In this document: positions 42,542 through 51,990 of the stretch, piece by piece
Layout of the letters: each line of letters opens with the position of its first letter
Position numbering within the stretch: position 1 is the first letter of the stretch
NCBI GenBank assembly: GCA_041690135.1
Contig: JAWLHY010000001.1
Coordinates: 1,152,001-1,216,000, forward strand
Direction of reading: 5' to 3'
DNA from: Armatimonadota bacterium
GTDB lineage: Bacteria > Armatimonadota > SYMT01
DNA: 64,000 bases
The notes under the pieces: generated by a model
What the model was told of the DNA's origin: nothing
Seen by the model: only the letters and a program-made list of their open reading frames with translations
The model's database searches: none
Translations under genes and position numbers: made by a program

Positions 42542-42579
42542 GAACACCGCCCGGATGGCAGTGCATCCGGGCGGTGTTC
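42542..42579 (-). terminator. Hairpin terminator
   Basis: GAACACCGCCCGGATG-GCAGTG-CATCCGGGCGGTGTTC perfect 16-bp stem. Confidence 0.7.
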
Positions 42580-42606
42580 GTAGGTATGGGTTAGGGGTGG
42601 GCTGGC

Positions 42607-42885
42607 CTACGACGGTCTCGTCTGGGCAGCTCGAACTTCAGACTCCGTCGCCTGGCGCTCGATCATATGCCATTCGAGGCAGCGGCCGTCATCGAAGTGG
42701 ACCCGCCAGACTGCAAACTTCTGATCGGGCGAGGTGATGCTGCACGTGAGGGACTTGACCCGGCGCACTTTGCCGCTGAGGTCGGACCCCATTTCACGGG
42801 TATCGAAGTTTTTGATCTTCACCCACATTCCGGGGCGATACGGTGGGATGCGTGTTACCTGCTGGGGCTTGTCGCGCTGGACCAC
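42607..42885 (-). CDS. Small hypothetical protein, possibly SH3/KOW-like
   Basis: YRPGMWVKIK...GKVRRV...WRVHFDDG beta-rich pattern; followed by a terminator; start uncertain. Confidence 0.6.
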   Translation of the reverse strand: MVQRDKPQQVTRIPPYRPGMWVKIKNFDTREMGSDLSGKVRRVKSLTCSITSPDQKFAVWRVHFDDGRCLEWHMIERQATESEVRAAQTRPS

Positions 42886-43146
42886 CCGGCGTGATTTCGT
42901 GTGTTCTATGGCAACCCCCTCTTTTCGAAACTAAGGTCGTCGGAAGTATCGCCGGCGCCCCATCCGACGAGGATGATAGGACCGCCTGCACTGACCATAG
43001 GTTAGCCTCTAAGAGGCGGAGCGGCACTAGAAATGACACTCCTTGACACCCCCCGTGAATCAAAAAGCCGGGCGTGGAGAATCTCCAGAATCGCCCGGCT
43101 GAATCTCGAATCGCGTGGCTGAAAAGTTCGGCTCAAACGGCCCCTG

Positions 43147-44985
43147 CTAGCGGGTTCCGGCCAGTTCCGCGTGCTTTTCCGCGCGTCTTCGCTGTGTCTT
43201 GTCAAGGGTTTTCTTGCGGATGCGGACCGTCTTGGGAGTCACCTCCACCAGTTCGTCCGGCCCGATGTACTCCAGCGACCGGTCCAGCGACATCTGGATC
43301 GGCGGCGTGAGACGGATCCCTTCATCGGCGGTGCTGCTGCGCATGTTGGTGAGGTGCTTGCGCTTGCAGACGTTCACGTCCAGGTCGCCCTCGCGGACGT
43401 GCTGGCCCACGACCATCCCCTCATACACGTCCACGCCGGGGCCGATGAACAGCTTTCCGCGCGGTTCGGCGTTGCTGAGCCCGAACGGGGTGGTGCTGCC
43501 CGCTTCCGTGGCCACCAGTGACCCGCTCCGGTTGCTCTGGATCACCCCCGCAAACGGCCGGTAGCCGCTGAACTCGGAGTTCATGATCCCGGTGCCGCGC
43601 GTTTCCGTGAGGAAGTCCGTCCGGAAGCCGATGAGCCCGCGCGTGGGGATATCGAACTCGACGTGAACCTCGCCGTTTGGCTTGTACGTCATGTCCTGCA
43701 TCTCCGCGCGCCGGCGACCGAGCATCTCCACCACCGTGCCCAGGTAGTCTTCCGCCACGTCCACTGTAAGGCGCTCGTACGGCTCGCAGAGCTTTCCGTC
43801 GAACTCCTTGTAGATCACTTCCGGCTGCGAGACCTGCAGCTCGTACCCCTCGCGCCTCATCGTTTCGATGAGGATCGCCAGGTGCAGTTCGCCGCGTCCC
43901 GCCACGCTCCAGGCGTCGGGGCTCTCCGTCTGCTCGATGCGGAGCGCCACGTTCGACTCCAACTCGCGGTAGAGGCGGGTGCGGACGTGCGGAGAGGTGC
44001 AGAACTGCCCTTCCCGGCCCGCAAACGGGCTGGTGTTCACGCTGAACGTCATGCGCAGCGTGGGCTCTTCCACCTGGGTTACGGGCAGGGCCTTTGGGTT
44101 GGCCGCGTCGGCCAGGGTTTCCCCGACGTTCACGGCCGCCACGCCGGTAACGGCGATGATGTCCCCTGCGACCCCCTCTTCGGCTTCCTGGCGCCGCAGG
44201 CCGTTGTGGGTAAAGACCTGCACGACTTTCCCGGAATTGGCGCGACCGTCCCGGTCGAAGTGGACCACCTGCTGGTTCGGCCGGATCTTGCCCGCGTAAA
44301 CGCGTCCCACGGCCACGCGACCCCGGTGCGTGTCATAGTCGATTGACGTGACCAGCATCTGGAACGGCAGGTTCACATCGACGGTCGGCGCGGGGATCTT
44401 CTCCAGGATGGTGTCGAACAGGGGGCGCAGGTCTTCACCCGGCTGGGCGAGATCGAGGGTGGCGATCCCTTGTAGAGCACTGGTGTAGACGATTGGAAAA
44501 TCGAGCTGTTCGTCATTCGCGTCGAGCGAAACGAAGAGGTCGAACGTCTGATCGATCACCCAGTCCGGCCGGGAATTCGGGCGGTCGATCTTGTTAACCA
44601 CCACCACCGCCTTCAAGCCGAGCGCGAGCGCCTTGGTCAGGACGAACTTGGTCTGCGGCATGGGGCCGTCCACCGCATCGACGAGCAGCAGCACGCCGTC
44701 CACCATGTTCAGGACGCGCTCGACCTCTCCGCCGAAGTCGGCGTGGCCCGGCGTATCGACGATGTTGATTTTGACACCCTGGTAGGTGACCGAGGTGTTC
44801 TTGGCCATAATGGTGATGCCGCGCTCGCGCTCGAGGTCGAGGCGGTCCATCACCCGCTCTTCCACCTGTTCGTTCTCGCGGAATACGTTCCCCTGGCTGA
44901 GCATGCCGTCTACGAGGGTTGTCTTCCCGTGATCGACGTGGGCGATGATGGCGACGTTTCGGATAGGGTTCTGTGAAACTGGCAT
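43147..44985 (-). CDS. typA: Translational GTPase TypA/BipA
   Basis: [63 protein letters not shown]. Confidence 0.97.
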   Translation of the reverse strand: MPVSQNPIRNVAIIAHVDHGKTTLVDGMLSQGNVFRENEQVEERVMDRLDLERERGITIMAKNTSVTYQGVKINIVDTPGHADFGGEVERVLNMVDGVLLLVDAVDGPMPQTKFVLTKALALGLKAVVVVNKIDRPNSRPDWVIDQTFDLFVSLDANDEQLDFPIVYTSALQGIATLDLAQPGEDLRPLFDTILEKIPAPTVDVNLPFQMLVTSIDYDTHRGRVAVGRVYAGKIRPNQQVVHFDRDGRANSGKVVQVFTHNGLRRQEAEEGVAGDIIAVTGVAAVNVGETLADAANPKALPVTQVEEPTLRMTFSVNTSPFAGREGQFCTSPHVRTRLYRELESNVALRIEQTESPDAWSVAGRGELHLAILIETMRREGYELQVSQPEVIYKEFDGKLCEPYERLTVDVAEDYLGTVVEMLGRRRAEMQDMTYKPNGEVHVEFDIPTRGLIGFRTDFLTETRGTGIMNSEFSGYRPFAGVIQSNRSGSLVATEAGSTTPFGLSNAEPRGKLFIGPGVDVYEGMVVGQHVREGDLDVNVCKRKHLTNMRSSTADEGIRLTPPIQMSLDRSLEYIGPDELVEVTPKTVRIRKKTLDKTQRRRAEKHAELAGTR

Positions 44986-45126
44986 AAATAGCGACTCGTA
45001 CCCTACGCCTCGGGCGCCGTACAGCATCACGGGCAGGACCGGCAAAGGGTGCGCGCGTATTCTAACAGTCCTGGTCTCCTCGCGCAATCACGGCCCGTAC
45101 CCCACGCCCGCTGGAGGGAAAGTTTA

Positions 45127-45609
45127 ATGTCATCCGATCCCTACTGGAAGCTGCGAGCCCCCGACCCGACGCCGGAGGATGAGATCTGCCGGTGCGAGCC
45201 GCTGGAGGGCATCGTGCTTTGCACGCGCCTGACGGAGAACCCGCTCTGCTGCGTGCAATGCAATGGAGAGGTCCCGCCGGAAAGCATTGGGTTCGACGGC
45301 AGGCTCGCTGAAGAGATCGCTCGCTGGCGGTCGGTGAGCGATGCGCTGTACCGCCTCTGGCTCGACTCAGGAGAGTACGAGGCCTGGGCGGCGGTGCGGC
45401 TGTTGGACCCGGCGGGGCAGGTGAACGTGGATGGCATGCGGATCACCGCCGCGCTGCACCGTTTAGTCCCGACCTACTACCGCTGGTTCCGGGATACGGA
45501 GGATGGGGAGGTCCCTACCCGGTGCCCCGTCTGTTCGGGACCCCTGGAGGACTCCATCCGGGAAGGCGACCTTGCGTGTGGAGCGTGCCGGATAGTTATC
45601 CAGCGCTAG
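45127..45609 (+). CDS. Zn-ribbon protein, DUF2310-like
   Basis: CRC, CxxC, CPVC and CGAC Cys pairs; LWLDSGEYE and PTYY motifs. Confidence 0.65.
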   Translation: MSSDPYWKLRAPDPTPEDEICRCEPLEGIVLCTRLTENPLCCVQCNGEVPPESIGFDGRLAEEIARWRSVSDALYRLWLDSGEYEAWAAVRLLDPAGQVNVDGMRITAALHRLVPTYYRWFRDTEDGEVPTRCPVCSGPLEDSIREGDLACGACRIVIQR

Positions 45610-45741
45610 CTAGCAAATTCCGCAAGAAGAAAACAGCTTCTCCCTTCGACAGAGCACACCATTGGAGCACACCAGCGTAGAAGAGACTGCGTGCATAGGA
45701 TTGGGGAGGGCACGTCCGCAAACCATCGGTTAACGGCACCA

Positions 45742-45891
45742 GTAGGGAACGTCTCGCAGTAGCGTTCCGCCGACTTGGAGCCGATCCCGTCCCGCCAACT
45801 CGTGGCTGCCTGGATCCAGAGCCGGTCCGGTTCGGCCTAAAGGGATCAGCTTTAGAGATTTCGGAATGGAACGGCGTCACATTCCCTACCG
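45742..45891 (-). repeat. GTAG-type REP doublet, copy 2
   Basis: Inverted homolog of 14214-14385; lies between convergent genes. Confidence 0.75.
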
Positions 45892-45935
45892 CACAGGTCA
45901 CCAGAGTCGCGTCTGACCCAGAGGTGGCCTGCGAG

Positions 45936-46340
45936 CTATTTGAATTCCCGGCCGCCTGCCAGGCGACTCACCGCCGCGCAGAGTTGTTTGAAAGCTTCAC
46001 TCTTATTGGGACCGGTGCCGTCGGGAGGGTAAGTGTTCTTCCCGGACGACCGGAAGGAATGCTCGCCGTGGGAGATCTCCACGGTCCACCGCATTCCCCG
46101 GCTGAACTTGCCGGGCTCGTACTCGCGGTCCCAATCCCACACGGGGATGGCGTCCAGGGCCGCCCAGAACTCCTGCCAGGCCTCCTCGGTGGGTTGAAGT
46201 TCCACCGTCTTCTTCCCTTTGTACTCGTAGTCCCAGCGGTCGTAGAATAGCTTCCCCTGCTCCCAACGGATTCCATACGAGAACTGGATGAAGCCACCCA
46301 CGAAGACTCGCAGGTGGCGTGGCTCGAATTCGCCCGGCAT
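45936..46340 (-). CDS. Hypothetical protein
   Basis: 134-aa ORF with purine-rich RBS and protein-like composition (PTEEAWQEFW...W.W...SSGKNTYP). Confidence 0.7.
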   Translation of the reverse strand: MPGEFEPRHLRVFVGGFIQFSYGIRWEQGKLFYDRWDYEYKGKKTVELQPTEEAWQEFWAALDAIPVWDWDREYEPGKFSRGMRWTVEISHGEHSFRSSGKNTYPPDGTGPNKSEAFKQLCAAVSRLAGGREFK

Positions 46341-46458
46341 CTATTTTTCTTTTCCTTCCGACAAGCAATCTGGTGCAGAGTGCGAGACAGTCCGCTTCAC
46401 TGCTACTTTGTAATTCTCGGAAGGGTTGGGTGCTTCGTTGCAACTCTTGTAAGCACTT

Positions 46459-48168
46459 CTATCGGTGATGCAGCCACTCCAGGAGGCGATCGAGTGACCA
46501 GGTGTTGATCACGTCTTCCGGCTCCAGCCAGGCGCGTCGGGCCTGCGAGATACCCCACCGGATCATTTGTAGGTGCTCCGGCCGATGGGCGTCCGGATTG
46601 ATGGAGATGGGGATGCCGCGCTCTTTGGCCTGGCGTGCGTATTCTTCGTTTAGGTCGAGGCGGTCGGGGAAGGCATTGATCTCCAGCGCGACCCGGTTGG
46701 CCAGGGCGGCATCCATCACCCGGTCCATGTCCACGGCATAGGGGTCCCGCGTGCCCAGGATTCGCCCCGTGGGGTGCGCGAGGATGTCGACGACCCCCGA
46801 CTCCAGCGCCCGGAGGATCCGCTGGGTCATCGTTTCCAGGTCCTGCTTCTGGTTCACGTGGACGCTGGCAACGACCACATCCAGTTCATTCAGGAGCTCG
46901 AGGGGCAGGTCCAGGCTCCCGTCCGGAAGGATGTCGCACTCGATCCCCTTGAGCACGCGAAAACCATCCGTGAAGGTGGCGTTCAGGGCGTCGATCTCCG
47001 CCATCTGGAGGCGGAGCCGTTCTTCATCCAGCCCGCGGGCGATGGCCAGGTTCTTGGAGTGGTCCGTATTGCCGTGGAAGGCATAGCCGGCGGCGTGTGC
47101 TGCTTCCGCCATGCGCGCGATGGGTGCCGCACCGTCGCTCCAGGTGCTGTGCGCGTGGAGCGCGCCGCGGATGTCGTCGACTTCGATCAGGCGGGGCAGC
47201 TTCCCCGTCCGGGCGGCCTCGATTTCGCCGTGTCCTTCCCGCAACTCCGGGGCGATCCAGGGAAGCCCGAGCGCTCGGTAAACGGCGGCATCAGGCTCCT
47301 CTTCCGCGGCCGGCTGCGAAAGCTCAAGGCTTTCCAAAGACAGCCCCTGACCGGCGGCATGCTCCAGTAACTGCTCGTTGTGCTGCCGGGAACCGGTCCG
47401 CCGCTGTAACAGAACCGGGAAGCGCTCACGGGAGGAGACCCACAGGCTGGCGTGCATTCCGTTGGCGGTTTCGATGACGGCGTGCTCCTCGTCGCGCTCT
47501 ATGACCCGAGTCGCCTCGCCCAGGGTTCCGAACGCGTCCAGCACCGCTGCCGGTTGGGTGGCCGCGGCAGCCAGATCGATGTTGCCGACCGTATCCTGCC
47601 GCCGCCGCAGGCTCCCGGCAAGCGACACCTGTGCGGCCGTCCCGGAGGCCTGCAGAGCCCGGATAAGCCCTTCGGCATAGGGCAGCGCGACCCCGATGGG
47701 ACGGCGGAGCAGCCGCCGGCGGTGGGCGATAATGGCCTCCAGGAGCTTGGCTTCCGACTTCTCCCCCAGGCCGCCGATGCCCTGGAGCCGGTGGGACTGG
47801 GCCGCGTCTTCCAACTCGGCCAGGTTGCGGATCCCCAGCTCGCGCCAGACGGCCTGGATCTTCTTGGGGCCGAAACCGGGCAGATGGAGGACCTCGATGA
47901 GGCTTTCGGGCACCTGTTCCTTCAAGCGCTCGTACAGGTCGCAGGTGCCGGTTGCGATGATGTCGCGCGTCTTGGCCGCGATGGCCTCCCCCACCCCAGG
48001 GATGTTCTGCAACTCGCCCCGTTCCGCCAGCACCTCCAGGCTCTCGGTCATCTCCTGCATGGTCTGGGCGGCGTTGCGGTAGGCGCGGATCTTGAAGGCA
48101 TTCTCCCCCTGGATTTCCATCAGATCGGCGATGCGGGAGAAGACACGGGCAATGGCGTAGTTGTTCAT
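46459..48168 (-). CDS. polX: PolX-PHP protein (DNA polymerase X family / 3'-5' exonuclease), polymerase site degenerate
   Basis: ENAFKIRAYR, HhH motifs, GSLRR, PELRE, intact PHP (HAHSTWSDG, TDHS, AHPTGR, EINA, DAH). Confidence 0.92.
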   Translation of the reverse strand: MNNYAIARVFSRIADLMEIQGENAFKIRAYRNAAQTMQEMTESLEVLAERGELQNIPGVGEAIAAKTRDIIATGTCDLYERLKEQVPESLIEVLHLPGFGPKKIQAVWRELGIRNLAELEDAAQSHRLQGIGGLGEKSEAKLLEAIIAHRRRLLRRPIGVALPYAEGLIRALQASGTAAQVSLAGSLRRRQDTVGNIDLAAAATQPAAVLDAFGTLGEATRVIERDEEHAVIETANGMHASLWVSSRERFPVLLQRRTGSRQHNEQLLEHAAGQGLSLESLELSQPAAEEEPDAAVYRALGLPWIAPELREGHGEIEAARTGKLPRLIEVDDIRGALHAHSTWSDGAAPIARMAEAAHAAGYAFHGNTDHSKNLAIARGLDEERLRLQMAEIDALNATFTDGFRVLKGIECDILPDGSLDLPLELLNELDVVVASVHVNQKQDLETMTQRILRALESGVVDILAHPTGRILGTRDPYAVDMDRVMDAALANRVALEINAFPDRLDLNEEYARQAKERGIPISINPDAHRPEHLQMIRWGISQARRAWLEPEDVINTWSLDRLLEWLHHR

Positions 48169-48947
48169 GGCTGGACGTCGTCGAGGAATTGCAGGGAGTT
48201 GAGCGGAGTCTCGAGCTGATGCCGGAGGTAGGGAATCATGCACCGGGTGAGATCCCTACGGATGGATTCGGTCCACTCGGCGCTGGCGGCCTGCACCAGC
48301 GGCATCCGCATCAGGCGCCGCATGGCCTGGAGCGACCCCGGCCCCAGCGAGAGGCTGCCGGGCGTGGCGCGGGCGTGATGGGCGCACAGCATTCCGCCCC
48401 GGAGGGGGTGGAAGGCGGAGTCGGCGTCTTCCACGGGGCTGCCGTCGAAAACGCACTGCTGAAGCTGCGGCTCGTAACCCAGCAGGGTCATGGCCTGGAG
48501 CTCGAAGGCGCGCGCCAGCAGGTCCGGGTTCTTGCCCACCTCGAGTACGCCTAGCGCCGCCACGAGGACGTCCCAGAGCGCGGGCATGGGCTGGCGCTCT
48601 TCGATGCCGGTGCTCACGATTTCCAGGAAGTGGGAAGCATAGCCGATGCGTACGAGGTCCTTGCGGATGTCGGAGAAGGAATTCTCTACCTGCGCCTGGG
48701 TCAGCACATCCAGGTTCTGACCTTGCGCCAGGAGGCCGCTGAACCAGGTGAACAGCTCCGTCGCGCCCGCCATCCGGCTCCGCGGGCTGCGGACCCCTTT
48801 GACGATCGCGTTCAATTTGCCGCGCTCGCGAGTGAAGAGCGTGAGCACCCGGTCCGTTTCGCCGATATTCAGCCGGCGCAGCACCACCGCCTCGGCCCGG
48901 TACACGCGGCCTCCCGGCGCGCCGGTCCCTCCAGATCCCATTGCCAT
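48165..48947 (-). CDS. recO: DNA repair protein RecO
   Basis: EAVVLRR..GETDRVLTLFTRERGKL.A.VKG.R, LLGYEPQL..C..C, GG.LC. Confidence 0.92.
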   Translation of the reverse strand: MAMGSGGTGAPGGRVYRAEAVVLRRLNIGETDRVLTLFTRERGKLNAIVKGVRSPRSRMAGATELFTWFSGLLAQGQNLDVLTQAQVENSFSDIRKDLVRIGYASHFLEIVSTGIEERQPMPALWDVLVAALGVLEVGKNPDLLARAFELQAMTLLGYEPQLQQCVFDGSPVEDADSAFHPLRGGMLCAHHARATPGSLSLGPGSLQAMRRLMRMPLVQAASAEWTESIRRDLTRCMIPYLRHQLETPLNSLQFLDDVQP

Positions 48948-48993
48948 TCTTTGTGATCCCCCGGCAGATCTTACCGGCCCGGTGCGGGAGCGT

Positions 48994-49659
48994 TCATTTC
49001 TCTTCCCAGCCGCTGTGGCTGGGCGCCGACGACGAGGCGCGCAGGTGCGATACGTCGTTGGCGCCGGCCAGAATCGGCCCGCGAGACGTGAACAGCACCC
49101 GGCTGACCGACGTGTTCTCGACCCGGATCTTCGGATAGACCTCCAGCGGGAGGCCCAGCAGTCCCACCAGCATGATTCGCACGGGACCTCCGTGCGCAAC
49201 CACCGCCACCGTTTGTCCCGGGTGCCGCGGAAGATGTTCGCGGAGCGCCGCCATGCATCGCTCCGACAGGTCTTCCAGCGTCTCGCCTCCGGGCGGGCGA
49301 TGGCGGATAGCGTCGGTGCGCCACAGATGGTAGGCCTCCGGATAAGCTGCCGCTACTTCCGCGGCGGTGAGCCCTTCGAATACGCCAAAACGAGCTTCCC
49401 GCAGCCGGGGATCGCTTCGGACTTCCGTCCCGCGATCCTCGACCAGTAACTCCGCGGTTCGGTGGGAACGCTTCAGATCGCTCGTATACACCGCATCCAG
49501 CGGTTCCGAATGCAGCCAACTGCCAAGCCGCCGGGCCTGCTCTTCGCCGCGCGGTGTCAACGGTACATCGTGGTGCCCCTGGATCCGGTTGTCCAGGTTC
49601 CACTGCGTCTCACCATGCCGGATCAGCAACACCTGCGTACCGGGTGCTATTTCGTTCAC
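48994..49659 (-). CDS. Histidine phosphatase (phosphoglycerate mutase superfamily)
   Basis: RHGET, SDL.R...TA, LRE..FG.FEG, GGE, VAHGG. Confidence 0.92.
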   Translation of the reverse strand: MNEIAPGTQVLLIRHGETQWNLDNRIQGHHDVPLTPRGEEQARRLGSWLHSEPLDAVYTSDLKRSHRTAELLVEDRGTEVRSDPRLREARFGVFEGLTAAEVAAAYPEAYHLWRTDAIRHRPPGGETLEDLSERCMAALREHLPRHPGQTVAVVAHGGPVRIMLVGLLGLPLEVYPKIRVENTSVSRVLFTSRGPILAGANDVSHLRASSSAPSHSGWEEK

Positions 49660-49678
49660 GACTACTTCTTCCAGGAAA

Positions 49679-50752
49679 CTAGAGGTCGCTGGGCCGCAGG
49701 CGCGCGATCTCCGAACCGTCCGGCCGAATGCGCAGACGTCCGAAGTGCACCATCCGAACCTCGGCGACGGATTTGGCCGGCGTCAGGACGGACAACACGG
49801 CCCTATCGAAGTTAATCCCCTGCAGCAGGCCGATGTCCACCAGGCGTCCATCCGCCCCCACCAGGCCAACGAGCAGGTTCTGGAGGGAAGCGGCCGGGCA
49901 GACGGTGACCCGCCGGCGTCGGAAGATCTCCTGCAGGGCGGCGAGGCCGGCCCGATGCGGGGTGCGGGTTACGCAGAGGTAGATTCCATCCGGTGTGTTC
50001 TCCCCGTGGGGCACTTCCGTCCGCAGGGCCGCCGCGGCAGCCTGGAGGTCGCGCGCCGGCAAGGGAGTTCCGGTATAGAGCCAGGCATCGAAGACCCGCA
50101 CCAGTCCCGCATCCAGGTCGTGGATTCGCGCTCCCGTGAAGTGGCGCCGCATCCGGTTGCCGCGCTGGATGCGGCGATAGACCTGGGATTTGTTCCGAAC
50201 CTCGCGGGCGCTGCGTACCGCGAGCACCGGCGCGGGCGAGGAGATGCGCAGCAGCCCGCCCAGGCGCTCCAGTTCCTGCTCCCGCTGGACCAGGACCACC
50301 AGGTCCGGCTCCAGCGCCGCCAGCTTTGCCAGCTTGAGCTTCTCCGCCATCCTGCCGGCGACCATACCGGAGGTGTCGACGATGACGAGGTCATCTTTCC
50401 GGTCCAGGCAGTGGCGGACCAACTGGCGCGTGCCCTGGACCACGGCGAGCAGGTGCCCCACCGGGGCGGTATCCCCCACGAAGGCCATGGCGCGGGGTTT
50501 CAGCTCATTGAGCGCGGCGACAGGGCTCTCGAGGCGCACGGCTCCCATCGTGCCGGGCGGACCGACTTCTCCCTGCCCCAGGTCCGTATCGAGAATCGCG
50601 GCATGGCGGCCCGCTTCTACGGCGGCGTTGGCCGCCGCGAGGGCGAGTGTGGTTTTGCCGACGTCGGTAGCGCCCACCAGCATGACCACACCTTTCTGGC
50701 GCGCGATCAGATCGACGGCTTCGGTCCAATCGAGTGAAGTGTGCGGTTGCAT
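49679..50752 (-). CDS. Clp1/Grc3/Nol9-family polynucleotide 5'-hydroxyl kinase
   Basis: Walker A G..DVGKTT, DTDLGQGEVGPPG, IVDTSG, Arg-rich lid RRIQR, LVGL...LVDIGLL C-terminal domain. Confidence 0.85.
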   Translation of the reverse strand: MQPHTSLDWTEAVDLIARQKGVVMLVGATDVGKTTLALAAANAAVEAGRHAAILDTDLGQGEVGPPGTMGAVRLESPVAALNELKPRAMAFVGDTAPVGHLLAVVQGTRQLVRHCLDRKDDLVIVDTSGMVAGRMAEKLKLAKLAALEPDLVVLVQREQELERLGGLLRISSPAPVLAVRSAREVRNKSQVYRRIQRGNRMRRHFTGARIHDLDAGLVRVFDAWLYTGTPLPARDLQAAAAALRTEVPHGENTPDGIYLCVTRTPHRAGLAALQEIFRRRRVTVCPAASLQNLLVGLVGADGRLVDIGLLQGINFDRAVLSVLTPAKSVAEVRMVHFGRLRIRPDGSEIARLRPSDL

Positions 50753-50800
50753 CGGAGCGATGAGAAAGGCGGGTGCCGGAGGGGTCTGGCGGAGAGCGGT

Positions 50801-51772
50801 TTAGAACAAGGAAAGTTGTCCGGCCGGCGCCCGGAGGGGTTCGGCCCACAGCCCCTGCTTGCGCAAGTCGCCCGCGAATTCCTCGGCGAACCCGTGGTGG
50901 GTATAGACGGTGGAAGCGCCGGTGCGGCGGACGTACTCCAGCAGGTCATCGTAGTCGGCGTGATCCGAGAGCGGGAAAGCGGCATCCGTCCCGAACCGCC
51001 AGCGTGCGCCGGAATCTAATGCCCAGCCCGAGATGTAAGCGGTGCGGGTTTTCCCCAGGTTCTGGAACCACTGGGCCTTGCGGCACTGCGAACTGCACAG
51101 GAGCACCCCGTCGAGGCGCTGCCCCGGTTGGAACTTCTGATACGGCGGGAACTTCACTCCGAAGTTGCGGTATAGGTCGGACATGTCCCAGTGCGCCGAG
51201 TGAAGGTAGATCGGGAACTCTTCCCCCTGCAGGCACGCCAGTACTTCCTGCCCCTTGCCAAGACTGTAGCAGAAGAGGACCGGCGCCCGTCCTTCCTCCA
51301 GCGCCTGCCGGCAGAAACCGCGGATCGCCTCCACCACCTCCGCGGTTTCCGGGAAGCGATACCGGGGCCGGCCAAAGGTGGTCTCCATTATCACCACGTC
51401 CGCGGCGGGGACCTCTGTCGGTTCCACACTGAGCCCGGCTCGAAGCTTGAAATCGCCCGAGTAGAGCAGCCGTACCCCCGCCCACTCCACCAGGGCCTGC
51501 GCCGAACCCAGCACGTGGCCTGCGGGGAACAGCGTCACTCGCGCCTCGCCGAGTTCTTCGGTCTTTCCATACGGGAGCGCCCGGAACCGGCAGCGGGTGA
51601 TGCCCCGCAGCCGCATCATGGCCGCGGTAGGCACTGTAGACAGCACATGCTCGTGGCGCTGGATGTGGTCCGCATGGGCATGAGAGACCACGGCGAGGGG
51701 CCGCGGCGAGTGAGCGTCCAACCAGAGACCCGGTCCGGGTAGATGGATTCCGCGGTCGAAGAGAACTTGCAT
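50801..51772 (-). CDS. MBL-fold beta-CASP-like nuclease (DNA-ligase-associated exonuclease type)
   Basis: SHAHADH, PAGHVLGSA, YSGD, METTFG.P.Y, YSLGK.QE, LSDHADY, THHG; GAGGAG RBS before the ATG at 51772. Confidence 0.88.
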   Translation of the reverse strand: MQVLFDRGIHLPGPGLWLDAHSPRPLAVVSHAHADHIQRHEHVLSTVPTAAMMRLRGITRCRFRALPYGKTEELGEARVTLFPAGHVLGSAQALVEWAGVRLLYSGDFKLRAGLSVEPTEVPAADVVIMETTFGRPRYRFPETAEVVEAIRGFCRQALEEGRAPVLFCYSLGKGQEVLACLQGEEFPIYLHSAHWDMSDLYRNFGVKFPPYQKFQPGQRLDGVLLCSSQCRKAQWFQNLGKTRTAYISGWALDSGARWRFGTDAAFPLSDHADYDDLLEYVRRTGASTVYTHHGFAEEFAGDLRKQGLWAEPLRAPAGQLSLF

Positions 51773-51820
51773 TTGATACTCCTCGACCATCCTACCCGCA
51801 GTCGCCGGGGCTGTCCAGAT

Positions 51821-51985
51821 GGGCCTTGGGCCTTGGGAAGAGGGCCTTGGGAAGAGGGCATGAAGGTTGGGGTCTGAATGCGATCCATCACCCACCGCCT
51901 GAACGTTTACGCCCCCATAGGGGGGCCCAACGCCCAACGCCTGAACGTTTACCCCCCACAGGGGGGCCTGAACGCCCAACGCCCC
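51821..51985. repeat. Short tandem repeats: 7/14-mers and two 42-bp units
   Basis: GGGCCTT/GGGAAGA units; CGCCTGAACGTTTAC.CCCCCA.AGGGGGGCC at 51896 and 51938. Confidence 0.7.
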
Positions 51986-51990
51986 ATACG

